Shown here: one piece after another, positions 10,133 to 20,615 of the stretch
Layout of the letters: each line of letters begins with the position of its first letter
Numbering within the stretch: position 1 is the first letter of the stretch
From: Lautropia sp.
GTDB lineage: Bacteria; Pseudomonadota; Gammaproteobacteria; Burkholderiales; Burkholderiaceae_E
Direction of reading: 5' to 3'
DNA: 64,000 nucleotides
NCBI GenBank assembly: GCA_030530775.1
Contig: JAUMUG010000007.1
Coordinates: 10,690-74,689 of the forward strand
The notes under the pieces: model-generated
Databases searched by the model: none
The model's input: the letters and a program-made list of their open reading frames with translations, nothing else
What the model was told of the DNA's origin: nothing
Position numbers and translations under genes: made by a program

Positions 10133-11023
10133 TCAGCTCCCCTTCTGCTCGGCCAGCATCTGCTCCAGGCGCTCGGCCGGAATGGCACCCGGCACGCGCT
10201 TCCCATCCGGGAAGAACAGAGTCGGCGTGCCTGTCACCTGCAGTTTGCGCCCCAGTTCGAGGAACTCATCGACCACGGCCGTGTCGCAGCTACCGTCATT
10301 GTCGGGCACCTTACCGGTCGACATCATCTCGCTCCAGGCCGCGGCCCGATCCTTTGCACACCATGCCTGGCGCGACTTGGTGAACGAGGACTGTGACAGA
10401 ATCGGATAGGGAAAGGTATAGAGCGTCAGATTGTCGATACCGCCCAGCGTGGTGCGCATCCGACGACAATACGAACAGTTAGGATCCTCGAAAATGGCCA
10501 GGACTCGCTCGCCCTTGCCATAGACCTGCTTGATGGCCTTGTCCAGCGGCAGATCTTTCTTGAAGTCGACCCGTTGCAGGTCATCCATGCGCTCCTGCGT
10601 CAAGTTGCGCTTGTTCTTCAGATCGAGCAGATTGGCCTCCAGAAAGGCGTACTCACCCTTGCCATCCATATAGAGCAGATGCTGTGCCACCCGGACCTCG
10701 TAGATGCCGGGGATCGGCGAAAGACGGATATCGTCGACCTTGGCATCGGCTCCAGCAGGCAGCAGCCCCTGTACCGCCTGACGGATCGCATCCCGATGCG
10801 CCTTGGGCACTCCGGCTCCTGCTCCGCCTCGAGCGGTTTGGTCTGTACGGGTCGTTACTGTTGTCCCGGCTGCATCCGCGGCCTTGGCACTATCCGAAGC
10901 GCCAGCTGCTTCCTGTGCCAGCGCAGTGCCCATCCACATGGCGGTAGCCGTCGCCAACACGGTACGACCGATGATCTCGGAAACACGGGTAGGTTGCCCC
11001 TCGGGGCGCATCATTTCGAGCAT
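10133..11023 (-). CDS. thiol:disulfide interchange protein, DsbC/DsbG family
   Basis: N-terminal dimerisation domain and thioredoxin-fold C-terminus with a CSYC active site (...IFEDPNCSYCRRM...); signal peptide present. Confidence 0.7.
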   Translation of the reverse strand: MLEMMRPEGQPTRVSEIIGRTVLATATAMWMGTALAQEAAGASDSAKAADAAGTTVTTRTDQTARGGAGAGVPKAHRDAIRQAVQGLLPAGADAKVDDIRLSPIPGIYEVRVAQHLLYMDGKGEYAFLEANLLDLKNKRNLTQERMDDLQRVDFKKDLPLDKAIKQVYGKGERVLAIFEDPNCSYCRRMRTTLGGIDNLTLYTFPYPILSQSSFTKSRQAWCAKDRAAAWSEMMSTGKVPDNDGSCDTAVVDEFLELGRKLQVTGTPTLFFPDGKRVPGAIPAERLEQMLAEQKGS

Positions 11024-11259
11024 GAGTAGTTAGCTCTCTCTGAAAAGTTCTCTAAAAACTGGACAAAACTGCGGACAAAACTCCGCCCTTCAGGCAGGAG
11101 GTTGCCCGGAGCACACGGAAGCCTGGAGCGATTCCGTATACTACCGGGACCTTCCAACACCAATGGCACGGGACTTCCGACTCGCCACTCTGGAGCGGGT
11201 CATGCCTTTGGCCTGGCCCGGAGCGTCTTTCGTGAGCATGATCCGGTGCATCACACGCT

Positions 11260-12591
11260 CTAACGAATGGCATGGCCGATCAGCAGACGCTTGAGCAGAC
11301 CGGATGCGGACACCGCCTGCCAGCCGACGTTGCGCAACGAGGCCACTGCTGACGGCAGCCCGGGACCGAACACCCGATGTAGACCGGTCATCGTCGCCTG
11401 CATCAGGGCCACCGGCTCGCGCCGTGCCCGCTCGTAACGGCGCAACAGCAGACGGGACGGAGACCCTTTGTGCCAAGCTTGCGCCGCTCCCGGCATCAGC
11501 AGTGCATCGACCAGTGCCTGCACATCGCCAAAGCCGAGGTTGAGTCCCTGCCCGGCCATCGGATGCACGACATGGGCTGCATCGCCGATCATGACGAAAC
11601 CCGGCGCCATCACTTGCGGGCAACTGATCGAACACAGCGGGAAACTGGCGGCCGGAGTGATCTGCCGCAACTTCCCCAAAGCTCCACGGGCCTGTGCTGC
11701 AACGGTCTCGGCCAGCGCCCCTCCCGACATCGCCAACAATTCATTCGACCGGGCCGAGGGGGCGGACCAGACCAGACTGACCCGGCCCGTGCCGGCCGGC
11801 CGATCTTGCGCAGGCAAAGGCAACAGAGCCATCACCCCTTGATCGCGATCGAACCACTGCCAGGCCGCATCCCGGTGCGACAATTCGCTGTCGAAATTGG
11901 CCACCACCGCCGTCTGCCGGTAATCCAGCACCCGATGGGCCAGTCCCGCCAATTCGCGCAGCGGCGAGCGCGCGCCATCGGCCGCCACTACCAACCCGGT
12001 CCGCCAGATTTCGCCGTTGGCCAGTGTCAGCCTGGCCCCGGCCCGCAGATCGGCTTCGGCCGGCAATTCGAGCCCCACCACCGTACCGACCAGCCGTTGC
12101 AACCGCATCACCCTCGAAGCATCGGCCACAGCAGCGTCCAGCGCCCCCTGCAGATGGCGCCCCTCGACGATCTGTGCCAGCGACTCGATCTGCCCCTGAT
12201 AAGCCTCGAGCCGCAGGCTTTCCTGCCGACCGCCACCATCGGCATCATGAAAGAGCCGCATATCGTAGACCGGCGCCAGCCGGCTGCCCGCCATCCTCGG
12301 CCAGACCCCCAGCTGGCCGAGCAAGCGGCAGCTGGCCGGCGACAGAGCGAACACGCGCATATCCCAGTCGTCCGGATCGATCGGCAGCACCTCGGGCGGC
12401 AGGGCAAACACCCCCGGCCCGGACGACAGCGCGGAACCGGGCAATGAAAAACCGCTGCCGACCGCCACCGATGGAAACGGATCCGGCCGCGGGTCGATCA
12501 GCACCACATGCTTGCCGGCATGCGCAAAAGCCAATGCCGCAGCGGCGCCCACGCTTCCTGCCCCAACAACGACCACGTCACAAGTATTCAT
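11260..12591 (-). CDS. FAD-dependent ubiquinone-biosynthesis hydroxylase, UbiH/UbiF/VisC family
   Basis: Start at MNTCDVVVVGAGSVGAAAALAFAHAGKHVVLID (GxGxxG). UbiH-family flavin-monooxygenase body and conserved ...GDAAHVVHPMAGQGLNLGFGD... motif. Confidence 0.8.
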   Translation of the reverse strand: MNTCDVVVVGAGSVGAAAALAFAHAGKHVVLIDPRPDPFPSVAVGSGFSLPGSALSSGPGVFALPPEVLPIDPDDWDMRVFALSPASCRLLGQLGVWPRMAGSRLAPVYDMRLFHDADGGGRQESLRLEAYQGQIESLAQIVEGRHLQGALDAAVADASRVMRLQRLVGTVVGLELPAEADLRAGARLTLANGEIWRTGLVVAADGARSPLRELAGLAHRVLDYRQTAVVANFDSELSHRDAAWQWFDRDQGVMALLPLPAQDRPAGTGRVSLVWSAPSARSNELLAMSGGALAETVAAQARGALGKLRQITPAASFPLCSISCPQVMAPGFVMIGDAAHVVHPMAGQGLNLGFGDVQALVDALLMPGAAQAWHKGSPSRLLLRRYERARREPVALMQATMTGLHRVFGPGLPSAVASLRNVGWQAVSASGLLKRLLIGHAIR

Positions 12592-12771
12592 GGCAACAGT
12601 ATATAAAGGCTCGACCCCGACGAGGTGCCATGCCAGCAAGCAACCCACGGTCCAGGCAGCAGCGAAAGCCGTTTGCGTTTGCCTATCTTCATCGAATATA
12701 CTCACCGCTCAACAAGAGCGCGGCGTTCGTTGTTTCATTGTCTTCGCTTTCGACAGCGCCCGTTACGCTTG

Positions 12772-12847
<76 letters not shown>

Positions 12848-12857
12848 CATATTTCAC

Positions 12858-12883
12858 GCCCAACCCCGGTGGTTGGGCGTTTT
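12858..12883 (+). terminator. rho-independent terminator after tRNA-Phe
   Basis: GCCCAACC-ccggt-GGTTGGGC, an 8-bp GC-rich stem followed by GTTTT. Confidence 0.6.
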
Positions 12884-13320
12884 CGTATGCTCCCAGCATG
12901 GAGGCCCCTCTGAAGGAGCAGGTCCTCCCACAAGTCGATCACGACGAATAGTTGCGTACAAAGTCCGGCTGCACGCCATCGACCCGGACGGAGCGCCAGA
13001 CCAGCCTCTCACCACCTGGCGCTGGACAGATATTCCTGGCCTTTCATCACGACGATGAACATCGCTTGTCTTGATCGATACATCGAATCGCCGAATGAAC
13101 GGGCGGCGTTCAAATGAATGACAAGAAGTCTCGCCCCATCGTTCCTCTCAAAAATTGTCCCCTGCAAACCAGGGAAGGGGCACTTGACAGGTCATTCGGG
13201 AACATACGCTGAAGGCGTCCAAGTCGACGCTTTCGTCTCGGCAAGTCTCTGCCAGCAGCACGCCTGAATCCGACCCTTCTCCTGCACCTCCGACTCCTCA
13301 TTGAGCACACTTTTTTCACA

Positions 13321-13334
13321 TTGATAAACGTCAA
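13321..13334 (+). promoter_or_regulatory. candidate FNR/DNR/NnrR-type box upstream of nosZ
   Basis: TTGATaaacGTCAA matches the TTGAT-N4-ATCAA consensus at 9 of 10 positions. Centred about 95 bp upstream of the nosZ ATG. Confidence 0.4.
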
Positions 13335-13421
13335 CGCGATGTCCACAGTCCGTGGTTTACGCTTGACAAGTCAGGTGTGTCAGTTGGGTGCGCGTGCGCG
13401 CCCACGAAAGGAGAGAGAGAA

Positions 13422-15374
13422 ATGAGAGAACATGGCCATGACGCCGCCCCGGGCGAAGAATCCCGTGGGGTAGGACGGCGCCGCTTCCTCAATACCGCTG
13501 CCCTGCTGGGGATCACCAGCGTGGGCCTGGCGGCCTGCAAGAAAGAAGAAGCAGCACCCGCTGCCGGTGCAGGAGAAGCCCCCGTGGGCGCTCCTGCGGC
13601 TGCTTCGCACGTCGGTGGTGCAGGTTCGGTCGAGGTCAAGCCCGGCGAGCTGGATACCCACTATGGTCTGTGGAGCAGCGGCCATACCGGTGATGTCCGT
13701 ATTCTCGGCATTCCCTCCGGCCGCGAATTGCTGCGTATCCCCTGCTTCGTGCCGGATGCGCTGGTCGGCTGGGGTCAGACCAACTCATCCAAGGCCATCA
13801 TGGGCACCAACCCGGATGGTTCGCTGCGCTACACGGTCGGCGACACCCACCACATCCATGCCTCTTACAAGGATGGCATCTACGACGGCAAGTATGCCTG
13901 GATCAACGACAAGCTCAATGCCCGGCTGGCCCGTCTGCGGCTGGACTACATGCTGTGCGACAAGATCACCAAGCTGCCGAACGTCCAAGGCTTCCACGGC
14001 ATCTTCCCCGATCGTCGTGATCCGGTCGACCCCAACATAAACTACACCACACGTGTCTTCTGCGGCCAAGAGTTCCATGTACCGATGCCGAACACCGGCA
14101 AAGACCTCCACGATCCCGAGAAGTACCGTTGTCTGTTCACCTGCGTCGATGCCGAGAGCATGGATGTCCGCTGGCAGGCGCTGATCGACGGCAACTGTGA
14201 TCTGGTGGCCACGTCCTTCGATGGCAAGCTCGCAGCCAGCAACCAATACAATACCGAAAACGGCGCCGACTACACCGACATGATGTCGGTCGAGCGCGAT
14301 GCCTGCCTGTTTTTCAATATCGCGCGTATCGAACAAGCCGTCAAAGATGGCAAGTTCACGACGATCGGCGAGTCGAAAGTCCCGGTTGTCGATTGCCGGG
14401 AAGAAGCCAACAAAGACCCACAAACGGCGCTGGCCGTTCGAGTCTCGGTCCCCAAGAACCCGCACGGTGTCAATGCTTCACCGGACGGTAAGTATTTCAT
14501 CTGCTCAGGCAAGCTCTCGCCCACTTGCACGGTGATCGAGCTGCAGAAAGTGCTCGACTGGTTCGACGGCAAGCTCGACGACCCGGACAAAGCCATCGTG
14601 GCCGAGCCGGAAGTGGGTCTTGGCCCACTTCACACAACCTTCGACGGCCGTGGCAACGCCTACACCACCCTGTTCCTCGACAGCCAGGTCTGCAAATGGA
14701 ACATCGACAAGGCGATCCAGAAATACAGCGGCGACAAGAGTGTCAATCCGATCGTCCACAAACTGGACGTGATGTACCAGCCAGGACACATCAATGCCAC
14801 CAACGCAGAAACCAGGGAAGCCGACGGCATCTGGATGGCAGTGGGTAACAAGTTCTCGAAAGACCGCTTCCTGCCGGTCGGCCCCTTCCACGCGGAGAAC
14901 GACCAGCTGGTCGACATCACCGGCGAGCAAATGATTCTGGCGCACGACAACGCCGTCCGCCCCGAACCACACGACTTCGTTATCTTCAAGCGTGACTGGC
15001 TGCATCCGAAGCAAGTCTATGAAATGTCCGACTTCCCGGATGCCGTCAAGAGCGCCGAAGAAGCCGGCGTGACCCGCAACGGCAACAAGGTGACGGTCAA
15101 GATGGTGTCGTTTGCCCCGACCTACGATCCGTCAGAGTTCACGGTCAAGGTGGGCGATGAAGTGACGCTGATTCTGACCAATCTCGACAAGGTCGAAGAT
15201 CTGACCCATGGCATGGGCATTCCCGAGTACAACATCCAGTTCGTGGTCAATCCGCAGGAAACCCAATCGGTCACCTTCAAGGCCGATCGACCGGGAGTGT
15301 TCTGGTACTACTGCACCAACTTCTGCCACGCACTGCACCTGGAGATGCGCGGCCGAATGATCGTCGAACCCTGA
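13422..15374 (+). CDS. nosZ: nitrous-oxide reductase, Tat-exported, predicted lipoprotein
   Basis: GGAGAG RBS. Twin-arginine motif GRRRFLNTAALLG followed by lipobox LAAC. Seven-bladed propeller body and C-terminal CuA site ...YYCTNFCHALHLEMRGRMIVEP. Confidence 0.9.
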   Translation: MREHGHDAAPGEESRGVGRRRFLNTAALLGITSVGLAACKKEEAAPAAGAGEAPVGAPAAASHVGGAGSVEVKPGELDTHYGLWSSGHTGDVRILGIPSGRELLRIPCFVPDALVGWGQTNSSKAIMGTNPDGSLRYTVGDTHHIHASYKDGIYDGKYAWINDKLNARLARLRLDYMLCDKITKLPNVQGFHGIFPDRRDPVDPNINYTTRVFCGQEFHVPMPNTGKDLHDPEKYRCLFTCVDAESMDVRWQALIDGNCDLVATSFDGKLAASNQYNTENGADYTDMMSVERDACLFFNIARIEQAVKDGKFTTIGESKVPVVDCREEANKDPQTALAVRVSVPKNPHGVNASPDGKYFICSGKLSPTCTVIELQKVLDWFDGKLDDPDKAIVAEPEVGLGPLHTTFDGRGNAYTTLFLDSQVCKWNIDKAIQKYSGDKSVNPIVHKLDVMYQPGHINATNAETREADGIWMAVGNKFSKDRFLPVGPFHAENDQLVDITGEQMILAHDNAVRPEPHDFVIFKRDWLHPKQVYEMSDFPDAVKSAEEAGVTRNGNKVTVKMVSFAPTYDPSEFTVKVGDEVTLILTNLDKVEDLTHGMGIPEYNIQFVVNPQETQSVTFKADRPGVFWYYCTNFCHALHLEMRGRMIVEP

Positions 15375-15469
15375 GTCACTCCAGCACTTCCGCCAGCCGT
15401 ACGACATGACGAATGTGCGGCTGGCGTTTTCGTTTGTCATGATGAATTCCGTTTGCTTCGGTGCAAGAC

Positions 15470-18112
15470 ATGAAATGGACCTTCTTTAGGAAGGGGTTGC
15501 TGGCTGCCATCCTGGGCAGTTTGCTGATGCTGTCGGCAGCCTTGGCAGCCCCGCACGGCAAGGGCGCGGGCGGCGCACAGGCCTACGAGGCGGAATTGCC
15601 GGCAGAACTGGCCAGCACCCGGGACATGTGTTCGCTGCTGCCCTGCCAGGATGTCTTTCCCGGTGCCACCGCGTTTTCCGAACGCAAAGGCCAGCCCCCC
15701 TATGTCGAAGCGTTGGGCGGAGCAGATGGCAAAGAGGTGCTCGGCTACGTGATGCTGTCCACCGATATCACTGACACCCCGGCCTACTCGGGCAAGCCCG
15801 TCGTCACGCTGATCGGCATGGACCGCGAAGGCAAGTTCGTCGGCATCAAGATTCTCAAGCACTCTGAACCGATCCTGCTGCTGGGCATTCCCGAGTCGGC
15901 CCTGCTGAATTTCAACAACCAGTACATCGGCCGCTCAGTCAAGGACAATATCGAAGTCGGCCAGTCCCGCCCTGACGAAGAAGTGATCGGCGTGGACGCC
16001 ATTTCGGGCGCTACGGTCACAGTCATCGCGCAAAATCAGGTCATCATGACCTCGGCCGCTGCCGTAGCAAAACAGACCGGCATCATCGAACCCGTGGTAC
16101 GCAAACCGGTCGATTATGTCCAACCGGCCGCCGACGTCCAGCCCCCAACCTGGGATGAGCTGGTCAAACAGGGAGCCATACGCAGGCTGCTGATTCAGCC
16201 GCAGCAGGTTGGTCTACCCGCTTCGCCCGATCCTTTCATCGAACTCTGGTTCGGCGCACTCAATTCACCGATCGTCGGTCCGACCATCCTGGGCGAAAGC
16301 AGCTGGCGCCATCTGATGAGCCAGCTCAAGGAAGGCGAAAACGCCATTTTCGTGGTACGCACGGCAGGCCGCGAATCCTTCAAGGGATCCGGCTTCGTGC
16401 GCGGCGGTATCTACGACCGTATCCAGGTTCGGCAGGACGGCGACACATTCACCTTCCGCGATACCGATGCGCTGAACCTGTACGGGATCAACGCCAAGGG
16501 CGCGCCGCGCATCACCGAGTCAGGCATCTTCATGATCCGCTCGACCGCCTTTTCGGCAGCCTATCCATGGAAACTCAGTTTTCTGGGCAACAAGGTCGAC
16601 CGCAACACCGGCGCCAAGACCTTTCTGGCCTTCGACACCGAATACTGGTTGCCTGCACAATATCTGACAGGTGGTCGCCCGGAGATCGTCCGCCCGGACC
16701 CCTCTTGGCTGAAGATCTGGAAAAGCCGCTGGATACAGATCGCGCTGTTTGCCACACTATTGGTTTCGGTTGCGGTCGTCTACGCATTTCGCGAGAAGCT
16801 GACCCGCCGCTCGACCCACAAGAACAAATGGCCGGTCAATGCCTTCAAGTACAGTTTCTGGATGATCTTCACTGTCTGGGTCGGCTTCGGTCTTCTGGCG
16901 CAGCCCTCGATCACACAAGTGCTGACCTGGTTCCACTCGATTCTGTTCAAATGGGAGTGGGCGCTGTTTCTCAGTGACCCCTTCATCTTCCTGTACTGGA
17001 TCTTCATCATCATCACGGTGTTCGTGTTCGGACGCGGGCTGTTCTGTGGCTGGACCTGCCCCTTCGGTTCGATTCAGGAAGGCCTGCACAAACTGACCCA
17101 CCGCTTTGGCCTGGCACGCTACCAGTTCCAGCTGCCGGTGGTCTGGCACGACCGTCTGAAATGGATCAAATACGCGGTCTTCTTCGGTTTGCTGGTGGTA
17201 TCGCTGTTCTCGATGGTCGAAGCAGAACATCTGGCCGAGATCGAACCCTTCAAGACCACCTTTCTGATCGGCATCTTCAACCGCAGCTGGCCTTTCGGTA
17301 CCTTCGTGATCGCGATCCTTGCCCTGTCGCTATTCATCGAACGGCCTTACTGCAAATACGTCTGTCCGCTGGGCGCCTCGCTGGCCATGCCCAGCACCTT
17401 CAGGTGGTTCGGGCTCAAGCGCAAACCCGACTGCAACAAATGCAAAGCCTGCGCCAAGGGCTGCGGAGCCCAAGCCATCAACAAGGATGGCCAGATCGAT
17501 CATCGCGAGTGCCTACACTGTCTGGACTGCATGATTCTGTATACCGACATGGCAGGCTGCCCACCTTTGGCCAAGGAGCGCAAACTGCGCGAACGCAATG
17601 GCCAGCCGCTGACAGCCATCGGCAAGGACGGCTATTTCATACCAATCATTCCGGAAGTCCTGACGCCGGCCCGGCTACCGGTCGATGGAGTCGACCCTCG
17701 TCTACCCACCGACCCGGCCTCACCACCGGTGGCTGCCCTGTCGGGCTTCAGGCGCCTGTTCGGCGAAATCTTCGATCATCTCTGGCCCTTCAGCCGCAGC
17801 GCTTGGGGCAGCAGCCATCTGCTGGTGGCCCTGTGTGCGGCTGCCGCCGTGGGTGCATCGCTGGCCTGGATACTGGCAGCCCAGGGCAGTGCGTCGCCGC
17901 TGACTGTGATCGGTGCCTGGTTTGGCTGGAGCGTGTTCGAGGTGTTGGTGCGGCTCAAAGGCAAGCGTTATGTCAAGGATGGCCCTTGGTGGGGCAAGGT
18001 CTACCGCCACGCCAACATCATGGACATGCTCAGCTATGTATCTTTCAAAAACCTGCTGGTCGGTGCCATGCTGTTCTGGGTGCTGATGCAGACGGGAGCC
18101 TTCCCCCTCTGA
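15470..18112 (+). CDS. nosR: NosR, membrane FMN-binding/ferredoxin-type regulator of N2O reductase, with C-terminal extension
   Basis: FMN-binding ...DAISGATVT..., poly-TM region, two 4Fe-4S motifs (CPFGSIQEG; CKYVCPLG; CNKCKACAKGCGAQAI...CLHCLDCM). About 170 extra C-terminal residues carry additional hydrophobic helices. The tool ORF starts at GTG 15461; the ATG at 15470 is preferred. Confidence 0.85.
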   Translation: MKWTFFRKGLLAAILGSLLMLSAALAAPHGKGAGGAQAYEAELPAELASTRDMCSLLPCQDVFPGATAFSERKGQPPYVEALGGADGKEVLGYVMLSTDITDTPAYSGKPVVTLIGMDREGKFVGIKILKHSEPILLLGIPESALLNFNNQYIGRSVKDNIEVGQSRPDEEVIGVDAISGATVTVIAQNQVIMTSAAAVAKQTGIIEPVVRKPVDYVQPAADVQPPTWDELVKQGAIRRLLIQPQQVGLPASPDPFIELWFGALNSPIVGPTILGESSWRHLMSQLKEGENAIFVVRTAGRESFKGSGFVRGGIYDRIQVRQDGDTFTFRDTDALNLYGINAKGAPRITESGIFMIRSTAFSAAYPWKLSFLGNKVDRNTGAKTFLAFDTEYWLPAQYLTGGRPEIVRPDPSWLKIWKSRWIQIALFATLLVSVAVVYAFREKLTRRSTHKNKWPVNAFKYSFWMIFTVWVGFGLLAQPSITQVLTWFHSILFKWEWALFLSDPFIFLYWIFIIITVFVFGRGLFCGWTCPFGSIQEGLHKLTHRFGLARYQFQLPVVWHDRLKWIKYAVFFGLLVVSLFSMVEAEHLAEIEPFKTTFLIGIFNRSWPFGTFVIAILALSLFIERPYCKYVCPLGASLAMPSTFRWFGLKRKPDCNKCKACAKGCGAQAINKDGQIDHRECLHCLDCMILYTDMAGCPPLAKERKLRERNGQPLTAIGKDGYFIPIIPEVLTPARLPVDGVDPRLPTDPASPPVAALSGFRRLFGEIFDHLWPFSRSAWGSSHLLVALCAAAAVGASLAWILAAQGSASPLTVIGAWFGWSVFEVLVRLKGKRYVKDGPWWGKVYRHANIMDMLSYVSFKNLLVGAMLFWVLMQTGAFPL

Positions 18113-18184
18113 TGACGCACGCAGATGCCACACAGCCATCGATCATGCACACTGGACCGACGACAGTACCGGCGACCAACCCTC

Positions 18185-19453
18185 ATGACATGGTGGCTTA
18201 TCGTCGCCTGCCTGACCGGCACTCCCGCCGTCTGGGCTGCTTCCTGGGCCGTTTCCCCTGGTGAGAGAATCCAGGATGCCATCGACAGGGCGGCACCGGG
18301 TGATGTGATCGAAATCCAGCGTGGCCGTTATGTCGAAAACCTGCTGATCGAAAAAAGCCTGACACTGCGGGGCATAGACCGCCCCACCATCAGTGGAGGC
18401 GACAAGGACGACACCATCCGTGTGACCGCACCCGATGTGGTGCTGGAAGGGTTGATCGTGTCGGATTCGGGCGGCAGCCTGCGCAAGCAGAATGCCGGCA
18501 TCTACATTCAGCCCGGAGCGCACCGTGCCGTCGTGCGCAATTGTTTCCTCAGCTACAACCTGTTCGGACTGTGGATCGAGAAAGCCGATGATGTGCAGAT
18601 CATCGGCAACAACATCACCGGCAAGCGCGACTTCGACAGTGCCCAGCGCGGTAACGGTGTGCAGCTCTACAACACCAAGGGAGCACGCATCACTGGTAAC
18701 GAGATCAGCTTCGTTCGCGACGCGCTCTACATCGATGTATCGCACCATGCGATCTTCAAGCAGAACAGGCTGCATCACAGTCGCTACGGCACTCACTACA
18801 TGAATTCCTACTACAACCTGTGGGAAGACAACGATACCTGGGAGAACCGAGGCGGCCTGGCGCTGATGGAAGTGCGTGATCAGGTGATCCGTAACAATCG
18901 TGCCTGGAACAACAGCGATCACGGCATCATGCTGCGCACCCTTCAGGATGCGGAAGTGGACGACAATCTGGTCGTCGGCAACGGCCGCGGTCTGTTCGTC
19001 TACGATGTCGAGTATGTGAAGCTACGCGGCAACATCGTGGCCGACAACCGGATCGGTGTGCATCTGTCGGGTTCGGCCCGCAACGAAGTCGACGGCAACG
19101 ACTTCATCAACAACCGCGAACAGATCAAGTACGCCGGGACCCGCGACACGAGCTGGGGTGGCCCGGTCGGCAATTACTGGAGCAACTACCGGGGCTGGGA
19201 CCGCAACGACGACGGCCGCGGCGACATTCCCTACGAAGCCAATGATGTGGTCGACCGGCTGATCTGGCGCTATCCGACGGTGCGTCTGTTGCTGGCCAGT
19301 CCTGCCGTACAGGCACTGCGTGTGGTTGGCCAGCAGTTTCCGGTGCTTCGCGTACCCAGCGTGGTCGAGCAGCAGCCCAGAATGCAGCCAAGCTCCCGCG
19401 AATGGCAGCAATGGCGTCAACGAACTCGAGAGAACCTGTACCATGCCCCCTGA
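18185..19453 (+). CDS. nosD: NosD, periplasmic copper-processing beta-helix protein
   Basis: Signal peptide, then right-handed beta-helix repeats typical of NosD (...NITGKRDFDSAQRGNGVQLYNTKGARITGNEIS...). Gene order after nosR. Confidence 0.85.
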   Translation: MTWWLIVACLTGTPAVWAASWAVSPGERIQDAIDRAAPGDVIEIQRGRYVENLLIEKSLTLRGIDRPTISGGDKDDTIRVTAPDVVLEGLIVSDSGGSLRKQNAGIYIQPGAHRAVVRNCFLSYNLFGLWIEKADDVQIIGNNITGKRDFDSAQRGNGVQLYNTKGARITGNEISFVRDALYIDVSHHAIFKQNRLHHSRYGTHYMNSYYNLWEDNDTWENRGGLALMEVRDQVIRNNRAWNNSDHGIMLRTLQDAEVDDNLVVGNGRGLFVYDVEYVKLRGNIVADNRIGVHLSGSARNEVDGNDFINNREQIKYAGTRDTSWGGPVGNYWSNYRGWDRNDDGRGDIPYEANDVVDRLIWRYPTVRLLLASPAVQALRVVGQQFPVLRVPSVVEQQPRMQPSSREWQQWRQRTRENLYHAP

Positions 19454-20615
19454 TTCCACTGCATTGCCGAACGGCCCTGGGCACGACCGTGATGCTGGCG
19501 TAGCAGAAACAGCGCCCGGCAACGACCCCCAAACCCTCATCCGCCTGCAAGGTGTCAGCAAACACTTCGGCAGCTTTGCCGCCGTCGACGATGTATCGTT
19601 CGACATCCATCGCGGCGAAGTCTTCGGACTGATCGGCCACAACGGTGCCGGTAAAAGCACTCTGTTCAAGATGATGCTGGGGCTGTTGGCACCCACTGAA
19701 GGCCGGATCGACATTGCAGGTGAATCGGTGGCGGGACCGCAGGCACGCAACGTACGCCAGAAAATCGGCTACCTGCCCGAGAACATCGCGCTGTGGGACA
19801 ATCTGAGCGGCCTGGAAACCCTGCGTTTCTTTGCCCGGCTCAAACACATCGATACCGCGGACTGCCCTGCCCTGCTGGAAAAAGTCGGTCTGGGTCATGC
19901 CGGCGACCGTCCGGTGCGTGCCTATTCCAAGGGCATGCGCCAGCGCCTGGGTTTTGCACAGGCGCTGCAGGGTAACCCGCACGTGCTGTTTCTGGATGAA
20001 CCGACCACTGGCCTTGACCCGAGAGCGATTCATTTCTTTTGGGACACACTGGCCGAGCTGCGTGAACAGGGACTGACGATCGTTCTGACCTCGCACATTC
20101 TGGCCGAACTGCAGCATCGCGTCGACCGGGTGGCGGTGATGACCAATGGCCGCGTCGAAGCAATGGGCTCACTTGCGCAGCTGCGCGAACGCTTCGACCT
20201 ACCGCTGCGGGTCGAAGTAAAGTTTCGACAGCCGGCCGACACAACCGGCCAACCGCGTATGCCGGCTGCGACCTTGGTCGATACCGCCGTCCCCCCCCCT
20301 CCTGGCACATCCGGACTCGAGACCACGCGACAAGGTGCGGATGCCGATCTGATCGAATCGCTCATCGCCCGGCTCATCGACACCTTGCCTGCCCCGCTGG
20401 AAAAGCTGCGCTTTCAGCGCCTGCCCGATGAAGACCATCGCACCACGCTGCTGATCGCAGTGCCCCGACCACAGAAGATGCTGCTGATGCAGCATCTGAT
20501 GCAAGCATCTCTGTTGATCGCCGATATCCATGTCGAAGAACCTTCGCTGGAAGACATGTTCTTTTCCGACGATGGCGATACAACCTTGCATCCCCCCGAC
20601 AGGAGACCTGCATGA
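19443..20615 (+). CDS. nosF: NosF, ABC ATPase, with ~95-aa C-terminal extension
   Basis: Walker A GHNGAGKST, signature YSKGMRQRLGFAQAL, Walker B VLFLDEPTTGLD. Start overlaps the nosD stop by 11 nt. A non-canonical C-terminal tail follows the ABC domain. Confidence 0.85.
   Translation: MPPDSTALPNGPGHDRDAGVAETAPGNDPQTLIRLQGVSKHFGSFAAVDDVSFDIHRGEVFGLIGHNGAGKSTLFKMMLGLLAPTEGRIDIAGESVAGPQARNVRQKIGYLPENIALWDNLSGLETLRFFARLKHIDTADCPALLEKVGLGHAGDRPVRAYSKGMRQRLGFAQALQGNPHVLFLDEPTTGLDPRAIHFFWDTLAELREQGLTIVLTSHILAELQHRVDRVAVMTNGRVEAMGSLAQLRERFDLPLRVEVKFRQPADTTGQPRMPAATLVDTAVPPPPGTSGLETTRQGADADLIESLIARLIDTLPAPLEKLRFQRLPDEDHRTTLLIAVPRPQKMLLMQHLMQASLLIADIHVEEPSLEDMFFSDDGDTTLHPPDRRPA

Noticed and set aside
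11470-12447. 325-aa plus-strand ORF
   Set aside because: Antisense shadow ORF within the ubiH-family gene; the product is Arg/Pro/Gln-rich.
17161-18264. 367-aa plus-strand ORF
   Set aside because: Antisense shadow ORF within nosR and the nosR–nosD junction; the product is Arg/Gln/Gly-rich.
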